This document shows, piece after piece, positions 25,801-38,755 of a stretch of 64,000 nucleotides of DNA (positions are counted from its first letter, which is position 1; every line of letters begins with the position of its first letter). Both the position numbers and the translations under genes were made by a program. Under the pieces are notes generated by a model. The model saw only the letters and a list, made by a program, of their open reading frames with translations. It was not told where the DNA came from and did no database searches. The stretch is from the NCBI RefSeq assembly GCF_026571515.1, contig NW_026863691.1, positions 310,001 to 374,000 of the forward strand. Reading direction: 5' to 3'. The DNA comes from Ruditapes philippinarum. Its lineage: Eukaryota.

Positions 25801-27504
25801 TACTGAATTCATTTGCAACACAACCCCTTCGTTATATCCACTGTCGCATTATCTCTTTGACGAGTACAATCTCAATAATGACCACGTCCTCACAGATGAA
25901 GATTATGTCGCCATGTTTGACAACATGAATCCAAATAGTAAGTCAAAGTTTTCTATCTTGATTACCACAACATGCATTATTATTTTGCTTGTCTTTGACC
26001 CCATTTTCCAAAACGTCAGGCCAGAGCCAAGACGTAGTCGTACTTGACTTTACGTAGTTTCATTACTTTTGGACGGGGTAACTCAAAATTAGCGCCGAGG
26101 CAGTGATTAGCAACATGAATCTGTTAAGGGAGGCGGATTGAAAAAGTATTCTTGTAAATGGCCCAAATCAACCTAATCTGTAATATTCACGTAATTGTTC
26201 TACCTTTGTTGTTTTCTAAGGGGCGGGGAGCTGGCTGTAGTCTATGCCTAATGAGGGTCCGTCTGCCCTTTCAGGCACTAAATGAAACTCGCTGTCGAGT
26301 ACGGACCCCAAACATGTCACCAGTCATGCCTTTATAAAGTTTACTTTCCTCGTCGTCGTCCCTGCCTACTATGTATGGCCACTCTCCTCGACTTTAGTCA
26401 GCTGGTCGACAAGAACATGTTCTTCTCTTTGTTTGTTTCCGCCACCCAAAGTACTTTAATTCTTCTGCCGACGCCCTGTGCCTTCTCAACGACGTACACC
26501 TACCAAGGGAAAAGTGTGAAGACTTCCGAAGGGTTCCCATTTAAAATTAGATCTTTATAATATGTTCATGCGGTGCCGCTTGTTCGGTTTATTATAAATG
26601 CGATGAAACAAATTATATCTAGTCGGGCTTTTCTTTAGCGGGCTTTATTATAAAAATGTTGTTGCTTTCATCTAGAGTATGACAGACATGTACGTTTATA
26701 AATGACACGTGCTTTTGTGATTGCAACTTTTTATTTGACATAGACTACAAACATTAAATGAAATAAACATGATGCTTTAACTGTACATGCTTCTTTAAAA
26801 AAAAAGTTTTGTCTTTCTTAAGTGGTGGCTCGTTAAGTTATCTTCTTTATGTGTATTTTTTATTTATCTTCTTTATGTGTCTGTTTTTCAGAGGATGATT
26901 ACATAACACCAGCTGAATTCATTGCCTACTGGGAAAATGTATGTACAGTCATTTTGCTCATGATTTCTTTAAGTATTAGAGACAAAACAAATAGTGCTAA
27001 AAAATCATCTAGTTTCTGTTAAAAGCTTTGGGTTACGTTCAGAATGGTTTCCAATTACATTTGTATATTTGAACTTATGTGATATCTTAACGCTCTAACC
27101 TGACCCACGCGGGTCAAGTTAGGAAACCAGCACTTTATTCTGTATAAGGAGAAAAGTTTTGTTCCTGTGACTACCTAGTTTATTTATTTTGAGGATATTT
27201 ACAGAAAGATGAATGAAAAATCAAAACGAAGAAATGAAAATTTTGCCTGTGTCTCCCTTTAAAAAACCAAACAATGGACCCGGTTGGGTGGAATAATCTT
27301 TTGAACTTTATATTGTCCGAGCTGAATTGGTACTTTCAATATCTCTTGAGAAAACTTTATTATCAATTTATGGAGTTAGCCATGTTAAAATTGTTATAAT
27401 TTTTGGTTCTTCAGATTTTGCCAAAGTACGAAAATATCGAGTTGCATGAAGAAACATGGAGTCACGGTGCCTCCGCCTGTCACCCAACAAATACAGCTCC
27501 ATAA
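22843..27504 (+). CDS. Secreted four-EF-hand protein (insoluble shell-matrix protein 5-like), 161 aa, 5 exons
   Basis: join(22843..22898,23731..23858,25773..25937,26892..26938,27415..27504); all GT-AG, phases 2/1/1/0, 486 nt. Signal MIRQALVIAVLFLVNYCNG; loops DLDQDGHLNMSE, DLNGDGFETRYE, NLNNDHVLTDED, NPNKDDYITPAE; AATAAA near 27557 and 27638. Confidence 0.88.
23523..23716. mobile_element. Palindromic MITE (TGAGCC...GCTCA family), TA TSD
   Basis: ta|tgagccgcgtcacgacaaa...gtcatgacactgctca|ta; same family at 41999-42235 and 45730-46868. Confidence 0.85.
24664..24787. repeat. Perfect 36-bp inverted repeat with 52-bp spacer (end of a Crypton-like element extending to ~24070)
   Basis: atcggcctgagaggtgtatatcggctatttaacacc at 24664-24699 and its reverse complement at 24752-24787; degenerate related sequence near 24075-24160. 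Confidence 0.75.
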
Positions 27505-28886
27505 TCTCTCTGGAATTTCGTCGCTGTGAATTATCTATTTCAATTTATTTACTGATAATAAATGTCATAGTGTTTAGAAAATAGAGTAATTTATCTGTTG
27601 GTCTTGTTAGACTATAACCAGTTGTACAATATATCAAATAAAGTTATATTCATCCAAATTTAAGCTGCATTTTACAGAGAGTTCAAAATGCTGCAAAAAA
27701 TATACATACTCGTTACTCAAAATAATGAATGAGAAAATCATAGTAAATACTAAAAAGTGTTTGAATGTCATCATCTACGATTTACCAGATTCAGATAAAA
27801 CATAGGATTTGTCATGAACATATTTTTCAAGATTTCTTATTTTTGATTTTTACCACTTGACCCTTGAATAAAGATAGGTCAGATGAAGATTGTTGTGTGA
27901 TATCGAACGCGTACGTACATGTGAACTGCCGTGAACTCATAATCTAATGTATAACAGTTACCGCTTTGAAGTCATTGAGATTTGTGGAATCAAATCATGT
28001 CAACAGGATAAGGCACTCAATGTTACAAACTATTGTGAAAATAGTCAACATTTCTGGCTCTTTGCTGGTACCAAAATGGAAGAATATATAAACAATATTG
28101 TATTGTCTGATTGTGTGCCTCCAGATGAGCCAAAAAAATTCAAGGCAGACAACATAGGAATAAATAAATAAGATTTCAAGAAAAGTAAAAAATATTCGCA
28201 TTTCAAGTAATGATTTACATGTTATATGCAATAAATGAATGATTTTGCAGTACTTATCACAATTGCATCTTTAACCCATCAACTTCTATTTTTTGCAAAT
28301 TATGACATTTACTAGGTAATATAATTGGATTGGATGTGTCATTTGAAATGTGCAAGTTACTTTTTTGTTCATCTTACAGTATTTTTTTTTATACACTTTC
28401 AAATTTTCATTAAATTTAGCATGAATCCGTAGGCTGTTTTAAAGCTCGAACACGTATGTTAAAGTACATACGTAAAAGAAAATGTACTTTGCTTTAATTG
28501 AACATACAAGGAACGAAACAATCGTATAACATTGCAAAGCTTATTGAACCTTTTTTCATGATGTTTGGACAGAAAGGGATGAGACAAAGTACATTCATAA
28601 CATAAGTTAACCTCATTGTCAGTTTTATTATCAGTAACTTTATATAGATATATGTTACTATATGTAGTGTTATAAAGTTAACTTCTGTACGACAATTAGT
28701 GTAAAGATAAGACTAATATGTTGATTTTCCCACCAAAGGACAAAATCTTCACCAAACCATAGTTTGAAGACATTGTACTTTCAAGGACTACCAAATGAAT
28801 TATTTATTTTTAAAATCCAAGGCAAACGTACATATTTGAAAAAAAATCAGTCTGATTACTTTGCAATACATTTTTATACGCTTTAA

Positions 28887-29679
28887 GGTATTAGGACCCT
28901 AATGGGCACTATCAGGAACTAAAGAATTGACATCATAGGTCAGATGTATACCTTAAAGTACACCTGTATGCAAAATTTAAACAAAGTTTACCGTACGGAA
29001 ATCAAGTTATGGCCACTTTTCTGAATCCAAGCTAGGATGTTATGAGGGCCCTTTTTTAGAAATGAGGAACCTTTAAATAATCTGCAATAACATTCTAATG
29101 AAAAAATTTTTCCCATGTATTTTTGGTAAGAAACAAATAGTACCATTCAGCTAACTATCCACATAAGCAAAATTATGGTTTCTACTTAAAATTTATGAAA
29201 TCTGTATAAAAATGTTACCCTACCCCACCCATTTTTACCACATTTCTGACCATTTTTCTACTTAGGGAGCCTAATTCAAAAAATTCTTAAAATTTACCCA
29301 AATGAGTGCCTGTTTTCAAAGTTTCCCTAAATTTTTAAAAAAGTATATTGGTTGATCTTGTTAAATATGAAATACTTTTACCGTCTAGTTTTGATTATAT
29401 TACACTTTGAAAATATCAGGTACCATATTTATTACTAGATTTAGCATAATTTAGCCAATAAATACCTATATAAATTAAAAATTCAAAATTAAACACTTTT
29501 TTCTTTCCATATGGGACATGAGAGATACATAAATAATGTTAAAAGAAAAAAGAAAGAAAAAAAAAGTTGACCCTTCTGGGGATTGAACCCATGGCCCTCA
29601 TTTTCAATGTAGTTAACAGTAGTTCTAGCCTATTTGAATACTCTTCAAAGCGGAGGTAATGCATTAGGGTGCTAATACC
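28887..29679. mobile_element. Non-autonomous TIR element with TTAA TSD (Kolobok-like)
   Basis: ttaa|ggtattaggaccctaatg ... cattagggtgctaatacc|ttaa. Confidence 0.8.
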
Positions 29680-31958
29680 TTAATGACCTTAAAAATGCGT
29701 CCGTGTCAGTCCTTAAATAATTATAATACCGTAAAATGATAAACTATCTTTTTGTCTCTTAGACACATTTATCAAAATATTGTTAAATGCTATATAGCTA
29801 ACTCATTGTTTAATGCGAGAAATATAGGTTGATGTATAAAATTGAATTTTAAGCTTTTCAATCTTGTACATTAAAATTTAATCGCGTAAAATCTAGCGTT
29901 GCTTTTACGTTTCAGTACATGTGGACACTCTTTCTATATATAAAATGAACAAAAGCGTTGAATTATTAAGTACGACCGATTGTAATCAATCGATAATGAT
30001 AATTCGTAGGTAGATTATGAATATGTTCTGCATGTTTTAACTTCTATTTATAAATTATAGCGGATTACAAAGCATGTTTATAAATCCTTTATCAAGGTAG
30101 AGTTTATCTTATTTTATTTCTTTTCCAAATTCTTAAATTCCTGCATTTTCGTCGTAATGCATTTTGTTAAAATAATTTAAATATTTAGGAAAAAAATATA
30201 CATGAATTTTTAATGTTTATGATATTAAATACCGTTAATGTTTATAGAACTTTTAGCAGATGTTGTAATGAAATTTTGTTCGTAGATTATTCTCCATGTT
30301 ATTTTTTTCCAGTAAATTTGACTGAAAAAATATATATAACAAATTATAAATTAAATCAAAACTTATACCTTTACATAAACGAATATGTATAAATCTCAGT
30401 TTGATTAAAGGTGAAGTGTCTGATTTCTGTAATATTATTTTGGAAATTAAGACATACAGTAGTTTGAAAGTAAGCTCTGGAAACAAGTCGCCACTCCTAG
30501 TACCATCTTGGCTTTTTTCAGACAAATGAACGCGGTCAATGTTGACAACCTAATGCGAGTTGTTATGACAAATACATTAAAGTAATGACTAATTATTATC
30601 TACATGATATAAATCTTTTGAGAAGTTCACCTCAATGCTCCCGTCTTTATTTTACTCTCGAGGTGATGACGTTAAAGAGATTATCCGTTCTTAAAAGTTT
30701 TAATACATTTTTAAGTGGACGGATTATCTCGTGGTCACGGGACAAAGTGTTGCGGTCTTCTACTTTGGATTAATGTCACTGTACATGTGTATATAATTAA
30801 AGTTTCCTAGTTTTTGGCCATAGTTTATTTTATTTTTCGGACGTTTATACATTGTATAAGTTCACATCATAAAAACTTTTGCATAACAAAAGGATATGCC
30901 AAAAATATCTGATGTTTATAATATGAAATAATCTTGTGAAATCTATGCTAAAAACAACAAAATAAAACATCAATAGTTTACGAAAAGGTTTGAGCATTGT
31001 ATAAATAGAAAATATTTTCTTTACTAGTGATTTTGTTTATACACACAGAAAGTAACGCTTTTAGTTCTCACGATGATTTTGGAATATTACAAACTGGAAA
31101 AAATATCGGAATTTATAAAGTGATTAACTGAACAAATGTAAGAAAACATTTCAAGTTTCAACTTTTATTATCAGTTCAAATTTATTTCTTAAATACATTC
31201 ATTCAAAGTTATAAATGTATTTAGAAAGAAGACCGAATAGTTATTGAAAAACGATTTAAACTTATCAAAGAGGATATTTAGTTGATAAAATTTCAATAGT
31301 ATAATTTGGGTATAAAATGATTTTTTGGCAGTCATAGTGTACAATTAGGACGTATTTTAATAGATAAGATATAATCGGGTCAATCATTTATGTAATCATT
31401 TAGTCTATTTGTACAAGATCTTTGATAATAATGGCAGTGATGTTGTTTTCAATAATTATATATTATTTATATATAATATAGGTATATGCACTGTAACACA
31501 GCACTTTGGGGTCAAATGCACTTTGGGGTCCGACCCTTATTTTCGATCTGCGACATTGAAATATTTGAGGTGGAGTTCAAGATGGCGGTCAATACATTGA
31601 TGATGCTTAAGTGATAAAACTTTCATTAATTTTACCACTTGAAATATCTAAAAATTGTGTTCATATAACAAAATTACGGTGGCATAAAAGTGACATTTGC
31701 ATATTTTTAGTTTTGCATACATATTAGTTTTTAGTTTCGTAACATATTTTTTTTTTAGTTTTGCATTCATATTTTATTTTAGTTTTTCGTACATATTTTA
31801 TTTTTGTTTTTCGTACATATTTTAGCCAATCAAAACAGCCTTCACACCTCAAAACAGCCCATAGTTGAGTATAAAACTAGCACAGTGGTTTGGTCACATT
31901 TCGACCCATTTTTGGAATCGGCCCAGTCGTTTTCGGCCGGGCAAGTCTGGTTTCGGCC

Positions 31959-32264
31959 AGTCCGCATAGCTCCATCGGTTAGAGCGCGAGACTTGTAATC
32001 TCGACATTGTGGGTTCGATCCCCGGGCTGGCCAACTAAAATTACTCATCAGTCTTTCGGATGAGACTTAAAATCGAGGTCACTTGTATGGGTGCTTAAAC
32101 ACTTGGCACGCTAAAGAACCAGGAGAAGCTTCTGGAATTGGGGCATCTTTCTGTATCTGTAATTGCATTATCCTCCAAAAATCTTAAATGACTAATACTC
32201 TTCTGGAGGACTCGCCCATATGGGCAACCGGTGGCGAGTATAAATAAACGCAAATACACACACA
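31959..32264 (+). mobile_element. tRNA-derived SINE with Deu/Nin-like central domain and (CA)n tail
   Basis: A box tagctccatcgg; stem-loop cgaga-cttgtaa-tctcg; B box ggttcgatccc; ctttcggatgagacttaaaatcgaggtc (Deu-domain-like from memory); flanked by a 67-bp direct repeat. Confidence 0.85.
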
Positions 32265-32460
32265 GGTCACATTTCGACCCATTTTTGGAATCGGCCAAGT
32301 CGTTTTCGGCCGGGCAAGTCTGGTTTCGGCCGACCCTTTTCGGCCCATTTTTTAAATAATATGTATTTTATATAATTATTGTTTTCTTTATTATTATATA
32401 CTATTATATCAGTGTCTATTTGGAAAGGGTTGAAGATTGGTGATTAGTTATTATAATGAA

Positions 32461-32679
32461 TATGCACCACTCAACCCCACGCCCTGAGAATAGCGGGGGG
32501 GGGGGGGCATTGAATTTAAAACCAAGCCGACCACTGGTAAAATCTTCGCCCTGCGGGGGATACTCAGATAACGACATTCCTGCCTCATGCCCCGGACGGG
32601 GCCAACATCAAAGCACGATTCTTTTTTATCCCGCACTCCCCGGAGGAAAGAGAGGTGGTTACAAATGACTGGTGTATTA
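32461..32679. mobile_element. Small degenerate MITE
   Basis: Ends tatgcaccactca / tgactggtgtatta with a GC-rich interior. Confidence 0.5.
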
Positions 32680-35600
32680 CAATAATGCACAACAAAAAAA
32701 TCTAAAAAGGTCATTATATTCCAATGATTTAGAAAAAATGCTTAAAGCTAAGCTTTGAAGGATTTTTATGAAAATTGGGTCATTCCTTTTGCTCATCCAG
32801 ATTATGTGCAGAACTTATATGCCAGGTGTGCCGGCTCAAGGTCGGGGGACACACATACATGTCAAATGATTAAGATTTGGGTTACATGTCCGCTCCTTAT
32901 CTCCAAAACCCCATAAAAGATTTTCAGGCACTTTGTGTAAAATGCTAACCACATCGAGACAATATGCAGAATCTTTCTTTGGATTACCACGGGCTATATA
33001 TATTCTAAAAGTGTTGTTATTTTTTTATACCTCCAAAATGAAAATGTTGGTATTTGCAAATAGCATTTGCAAATGGGGTACTGTAATTTACAGATGGCGA
33101 AGTGTTTAAAAATGGCGTTTTACAAATGGCGTAATTATCCACACCTCTACTTTGCAAATTGCGTCATGTAAAAATATGTACTAAAAACACAAAAATAAAA
33201 TATGTACAAAAAACTAAAATAAAAAATGTATGCAAAATTAAAAAAGAATATGTATGCAAAACTAAAAAAAAGTATGTATTCAAAACTTAAAAAAAACATG
33301 TACGACAAACAAAACAAAATATGTACGAAAAATAGAAAAAGTATAAAAAAAAATTGCAAATGTCACTTTTATGCCACCGTTCAAAATACTCTAGTACAGA
33401 AATTGTGTATTCCTAAAATTAAAAGATGCTGCGAAAAATGTCCCGTTCTGTCAGTCATTTACTTGATAACTTTTGGTGCCATATTGAGCCCCATTTTAAA
33501 TATGTTGGGAATGAAATAAAATGCAGTTATTTTTTTCCAAAGAACTATAAATATACTCTATTGCAATGTTCTGGTGAAACATCAAGTTTTTCGATCGGAC
33601 TATAAATAGTGATTTTTACAAATACATTATTAAGCTTATCAACAAACTTAAGGGTTTTTGTAAGCTCCGTTACAAACGCGCGCCCCCCCCCCCCCCCCCC
33701 CCGGTTTACACTCGTTCGCCAGAGGCTTTTTTTAATGGGAAATCTTACATACTTCGTTAGAAAGAGCAAACACGAATAAAATAATGGTATCAGAGAAATG
33801 TAAGATGCTTGTTACCTGAATAAAGTAGCGATAAATGTGAGATTATTTGTCATAAAAGTAGTCAAAACAATGTAGTATTTGACTTCCATATAAATACTAA
33901 TTCACTATAACTGTACTCATCATTGCCAAAAAGCAACAGATGAAAAAGATGGTTAAAGTAATTGGCCAATGTGTATTTTTTGGATAATATAGAAGAACAT
34001 CAAAATAAAAAAGCTTTTAAGAAAAACAAATAAAAGCATAATGGGCCTTTAAAACGTTATTTTTAACCCTCGGGGGGGGGGGGGTCGATACCCTACAATC
34101 CCCTCTATACCCCCAGTGAGAATTTTACATTATTCTGAAGCTCCGCTCTTAATGTGCGACTTCTTAAATAGTTAATATTTTTAGGACTACTACCTAAAGC
34201 CGCATCTACACTAGTCAAGTTTCTTATATGTTACATTTAGCTAAATAAATGTCTCTTCCAACATATTATCAGGCACATTTTTTCTGAAATGTCTTACTAA
34301 AATTGCCCAGAATTTATACCTTTGCCTATGCTAAGACTATAATATTTCTATAAAAGGGGTAAATAAAAAAAGGGAAAATAATCCATTTAGCTAAAAACAA
34401 TGGAGTTAATTAAAGGTGTACATTCTTTTAAAATAAATAGAAAATTTGAGAGAAAAATTTTTTAAGCTTAATAATTGATGCAAATTCTTTATTAGGTGAT
34501 TTATTTGGTGAAAGTTCTTCACTTACTAATTAATACCATTTAAATCCCTATTGATTCTACTATAATCCAGGGCACATGTTTTGCGTCTTTTTAATACCTT
34601 GCTTTTTGTTTACCATTCGCTTTGACAACAATTTATTATTTAAAACATAATGAACAATAATTTTCTATGACCCCAAAGTGCGGTCGTTTGCCTGATGTTA
34701 AAAAATACATATGTACCTGTTTAACGCACTTTGGGGTCGAAATTGGACCCCAAAGTGCGTAACACAGTCTGGGGTCGGACCCAAAAGTACGTAACGCACT
34801 TTGGGGTTGGACCCCAAAGTGCGTTTGACCCCAAAGTGCGGTGTTACAATGCACAATCAACATGCTGGTAGTTTCATTATGATTCAAATAAAGCTTAAAA
34901 CCCCGTAGTTGGAAAAGAAAGTATGTACTTGATTACTGTGAAATTCTGTGTACATACTTATTTTTTGTAAACCCTTTTTTGTCTAGATGCGTGACAATTA
35001 ATCAGAATTTGTTGCACTAACCTAGACTTTGGATCAACTCAAGTGATCAAGGCTGCATGGGCAAAAATACATTTACGAAAATAACAAGTCTGCTACTTTT
35101 TCTTATTCACTCCGTTTTAAAAAAAATATCTTATAATCAAATTTCAATCAAATGTTTACTATTGTGTAGTCAATACAATTTTACCAAATATACCGATAAT
35201 TTGCTTAAACAAGTATACAGATTACAGAACTTCCTTGTGACCTAATGTACACTTTTATTTGCAACTCATTTTATATACACGACATCGTAATATCTTTCAA
35301 AGTTTCATTACATAATAATCAATTCATGAATTAAACGCATATTTAAGACAAAAAGTACTAACATGCAGCTAATAGTTAAATCTATAAAGAAACGTTTAGA
35401 AATCGCTGAACTTAACCAAAAAAGATGAATTGCATACAAAAACGTTATATAATGAATAAAGAAATGATGAACTTCTCGCACGATGCATTTGAAATTCGTG
35501 TAGTCCATCAACAGATTCAGTAAACTGAGCCTCAATTTGTTTATTTTTGTCATAATGGAGGTTGTATGAAATACATCCTAAATACATTCTACACTGTCAA

Positions 35601-38600
35601 TAGTCTAGTCAATCAAAGCAGTGCACGAGCAAAAAGGATGCTCTCATAGGTCCAAGTGCATTTGTTTATATAAAAAATTCTAAAATTTTGTCATTCTCGT
35701 GATTTATGTATCTAAAACAAATGTCATGATATGACAAATCGAGCAAAAACCTATTCACTTCTTCTTCACAAGTATGAAAACTCAATAACATTTAAGACAA
35801 ATGGAGTTTCAAAATGCAAAATGGCATACGTTAAGACGAATTCAATACTATGTGTTATAATGTATATTACTTCATGATTGTTTAACAGCTATATGTGCAA
35901 AAGAATTAAACCGTAAAACGATTGAAACCGAAAAATCAATGCTCATTTGTTTAGTTTTAAAAACATTATTCATTTAGGCTCGAGTGTTATGAATGTTTAA
36001 AGCTTTTATTGAAACAAAAGAGCCCGCTTTCTGGAACTAACTGTTACTGAAGCCATATTATAAACAAAGTCATTGCCCAAGAACAGATCGAACCCACAAT
36101 CCCTGGTGTAAAAGCCAGAATCTTGATTTAGTGGATTACCTCAACCTTATTTATTTTGATATTACTTAAGTATCAATACATTCCATACAAAATCAGACTG
36201 ATATTAATACTAATAAAGCAGAGCTCATTAATTATTGTTTACAGTTTTAGTATTCATGCACTTTATCTCAGTTAGTGGACCTTCTTCTACACATTATTTC
36301 AATTAAAACATTCAATTGCAGTCTTGCAGTGTTTTTACTTCGTCTTTCATCTTATCCTGAAGATTAATCGGTCAATATATGAACATTAAACTCTTATCTT
36401 CTACCTACAGCTGGATTCTTAGCAATAGAAAACACTTTATTGAAACAGATTTTTTTCAAGAAAAATATATGCGAAGCATAAAAACTTTGACTTTAACATT
36501 TTAAACACTATATTATACAACACTTGTACAATTTTGACGTGATGAAAATCATCAAAACTCCGACTGTAATTATTTTTTACATGGGAACAATAGGGAGTGA
36601 AAATTACAAAGATGTCATACTCAATAATTATTTAGATGTTCATCTTTATATATTTTAACATGTTCGTGTATTAGTCATTAAGATTTAATCCTATTGTCCC
36701 CTAACTTATTGGATATTTTAAATAGGCTTATTACATTGTTTTTAATTGTTCATTACTAACAGTAACAATTATAGGGACAATTATATAAGGTTGGTTAGCC
36801 GACGGTATAGAGCCCGGCCAGATTACACGGGTCTGTAGCCTGGCCTGGCTCTATACTGGTTGCAAAGGCTAATAATTTTTCGGTTACAACAGGTAAAGGC
36901 TGAGAGAACTTTAATTTTACAACAGAAAAACTTTTGTTGGCGATACTGATAAAATCTTATTTCGTTGATTCGTGGGATAAAGCATTTATTCGTAAAAACC
37001 CATTGTGATTTTATTGATTGGAATGAAATCTATATTTCATTCGACATCATCAAAGAAAGGAAACGTTTACATTATATTCAAAAGAAAACACATATCTTTT
37101 AGATTCGAATATAATCTTTTATTATCAAATGCAATAAACGGTTTTTATTAAAATGTCCAGCAAAGTTTTATTTGATTTCAGTTTTTCAGCCGATGTTTTA
37201 AAAGTTTTATGAAGTTACTTTCAAGCCATTAATATACCACAGAGAAATTGTTCTCTCTCATGTTTCATTATTCATGTTATAAATTAGTTTTTAAAGAGAC
37301 ATCGAAAATACAAAACACAGCAAAGCATTGCTCAAGAGTTTCATTACATAATAGTCAATTCATGAATGCCAGATTTTCATTTCGTTCCATTCAACGTATT
37401 CGATTGATATTGGGAGACATCGTTAAAACGAAATGTAAGAAAATGAAATGGAATGAAGAGACATTTTTTGTCCTCTTAGATTGCCTATTTGACATGATAA
37501 CTTTAATTCGATGCGTGTTTGTACAGTATTGTTAAACAAGACAATCTAAATTCTTCGGCAGAAATAGGGAAAAGCAAACATTTAGAATTTAAATGACAAA
37601 TAAAAACTAACTACTTATTTTAAGCCATTTAAAATTTGAACACATTTTGAAGTGTGTGATTAAACTGGTACTTGAGGTGTATATAGGTGTACTTGATGAT
37701 AGTGGACCTACTCCTGAAGACAAAATTGTAAATTTCTTCCTATCTAAGATATCTTCAATACCTCTTAGTATCGATATACATCAAAAATGATGAACAATTC
37801 ACAGCAATATATCTGACAAAACATACAAAGGATTGAGTGCACTCCTTCATGTTGTGAATGCATATTTGATGTTTAATGCTAAAAAAGGGTGAAATTCGCG
37901 ATGATAAAGAACAAATTGTGCATAAACGTTTTGGATTATCAGAACATATTTAATTAGTAATGCAGCCGTATTTTATTTCCAATTCGATTTATATTAATGT
38001 TAAAATTTGACGAAAATTATTCATTTTTTTTAAATAAGATACAATTTGTGTTAATATAGAAAAATCTAGCCTACATTAAAGTGCTTGAATGTGAATGATT
38101 TTATGTTCAATAAGTACTTTAAAAAGACCTCAATAAATATGATGAGACTGTTACAATAGTGAATTAACTTTATGTAACACATCTGATGTTTATCATTGTG
38201 GAAATATGAAAACCTATATTGGCGTTTAATTGATTGTGGTTTTTTATTATATTTCAGTTATCTTGGAAGCCATAATTCACCTCACCTGTCACTCTCTGTT
38301 GTGAGTCTATGAAATATTAATGTTCGATTGAACCGATAGTACCTACGAGCAGTGGACAAAAATCATTTGAAAAACAAACGATTAATCGATTTGCTGCCTG
38401 GCCGATCTCAAAGTTAATTATCCTCAGTTGGAATTTCAATACAATCGTTTAGTGACATTCGCAAACAAGTAAAGTTATCTACATCCGGTGTATTCGGAGC
38501 GTTCATGATCCGCTGTAACTTTGGGAAATGTTTTGATTGATTTTAATGTTTGCCGTAAACGCTAAAAACTATTTCACACTGGTTGTTTTAAAAAGAATAT

Positions 38601-38755
38601 AACGAAAGCATTCATTGGATTTTCTAGGTGTCAGACATTCGGAAGTGATTATTTTCAATGGATATTTCAGTTGTTGTTTTTAGATACCATTTTTCGATAA
38701 TTTGGTAAATATCCATAAGTATATATACATTGATAAACTCGAACAAATAAAAACA

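Larger units (their letters stand above)
31676..33380. mobile_element. Foldback-type element with subterminal tandem arrays
   Basis: TIR acggtggcataaaagtgacatttgca / tgcaaatgtcacttttatgccaccgt; ~23-bp AT-rich units at 31700-31825 mirrored at 33170-33350. Confidence 0.8.
31492..34848. mobile_element. Non-autonomous TIR element, TGT...ACA termini, 6-bp TSD ATGCAC
   Basis: ~45-bp TIRs tgtaacacagcactttggggtc... / ...gaccccaaagtgcggtgttaca; atgcac at 31486-31491 and 34849-34854; repeated gcactttggggtc motif. Confidence 0.85.

Noticed and set aside
31959-32033. tRNA-Thr(TGT) gene
   Set aside because: Acceptor stem does not pair well and the sequence continues into a SINE body and tail.
31489-34851. 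CACTA/EnSpm reading of the element (CACTG...CAATG)
   Set aside because: Gives mismatched termini and no 2-3 bp TSD, whereas TGT...ACA gives a perfect 6-bp TSD.
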